Positions 44,911 to 45,158 of a stretch of DNA of 45,158 bases are shown in pieces. Origin of the DNA: Octopus bimaculoides (taxonomy: Eukaryota); NCBI RefSeq assembly GCF_001194135.2, contig NC_068983.1, forward strand, positions 106,494,812 through 106,539,969. Direction: 5' to 3'. The number at the start of each line of letters is the position of its first letter. Position 1 is the stretch's first letter. Under the pieces are notes generated by a model that was not told where the DNA came from, ran no database searches, and saw only the letters and a program-made list of their open reading frames with translations. The position numbers were made by a program, and so were the translations under genes.

Positions 44911-44975
44911 ACACACACACACACACACAAATATGCATATAGAGACAGATAGATAAAAAGAGAGAGAGAGAGAGA
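44868..44975. repeat. (CA)n and (GA)n microsatellites
   Basis: Directly visible. Confidence 0.9.
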
Positions 44976-45158
44976 ATAGAAAATAACTAATGAATGTAAA
45001 ATGTGAAACTGTAGAATGTTTACATTCAGCTCCATTAATTGAAAAACAGAAGATATAAAGTGTCCATAAAGTAGTAAATATCTTAAAAGCTATCTAAGAC
45101 ATTTTACAAACCTGAAAGGAAACATCAACCCTTGAGCTGATGATAATCTTTTGAGAAG

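Noticed and set aside
44206-45035. RE-rich and SL-rich ORFs of 113-196 aa
   Set aside because: Pure translation of the (TC)/(TCTG) microsatellite.

Overview
AT-rich eukaryotic genomic DNA with seven N gaps, dense in microsatellites and retroposons. The repeat repertoire (several tRNA-headed SINE families, RTE LINEs, a Penelope-like element, mariner, piggyBac, hAT, Tx1/L1) fits a coleoid cephalopod, most likely Octopus; this taxon call is inference. No complete host gene, rRNA, true tRNA gene or CRISPR array can be supported. Almost all ORFs in the six-frame track are artefacts of microsatellites, N gaps or decayed transposons. Best-supported features: a mariner transposase remnant (3.1-4.0 kb), a Penelope-like RT remnant (6.2-7.3 kb), four RTE LINE fragments, a TTAA-flanked piggyBac deletion derivative (23.0-24.1 kb), a hAT transposase remnant, a 727-bp TIR element carrying SAP and SWIM-finger coding remnants (29.1-29.9 kb), a Tx1/L1 fragment, several MITEs and more than 25 SINE copies. 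Most interesting observations: a near-intact type I hammerhead ribozyme core (400-490, minus strand), a decayed second hammerhead upstream of the Penelope remnant, a (GAT)n-tailed retroposon family with interchangeable internal VNTRs (architecturally SVA-like), a (TTAGGG)3 patch inside a TSD-flanked SINE, and multi-layer nested insertions. Host-gene evidence is limited to scattered candidate exons and a CpG-retaining promoter-like island near 34.6-35.3 kb. All alignments and folds were done by eye; repeat boundaries are approximate unless a TSD or TIR is quoted.
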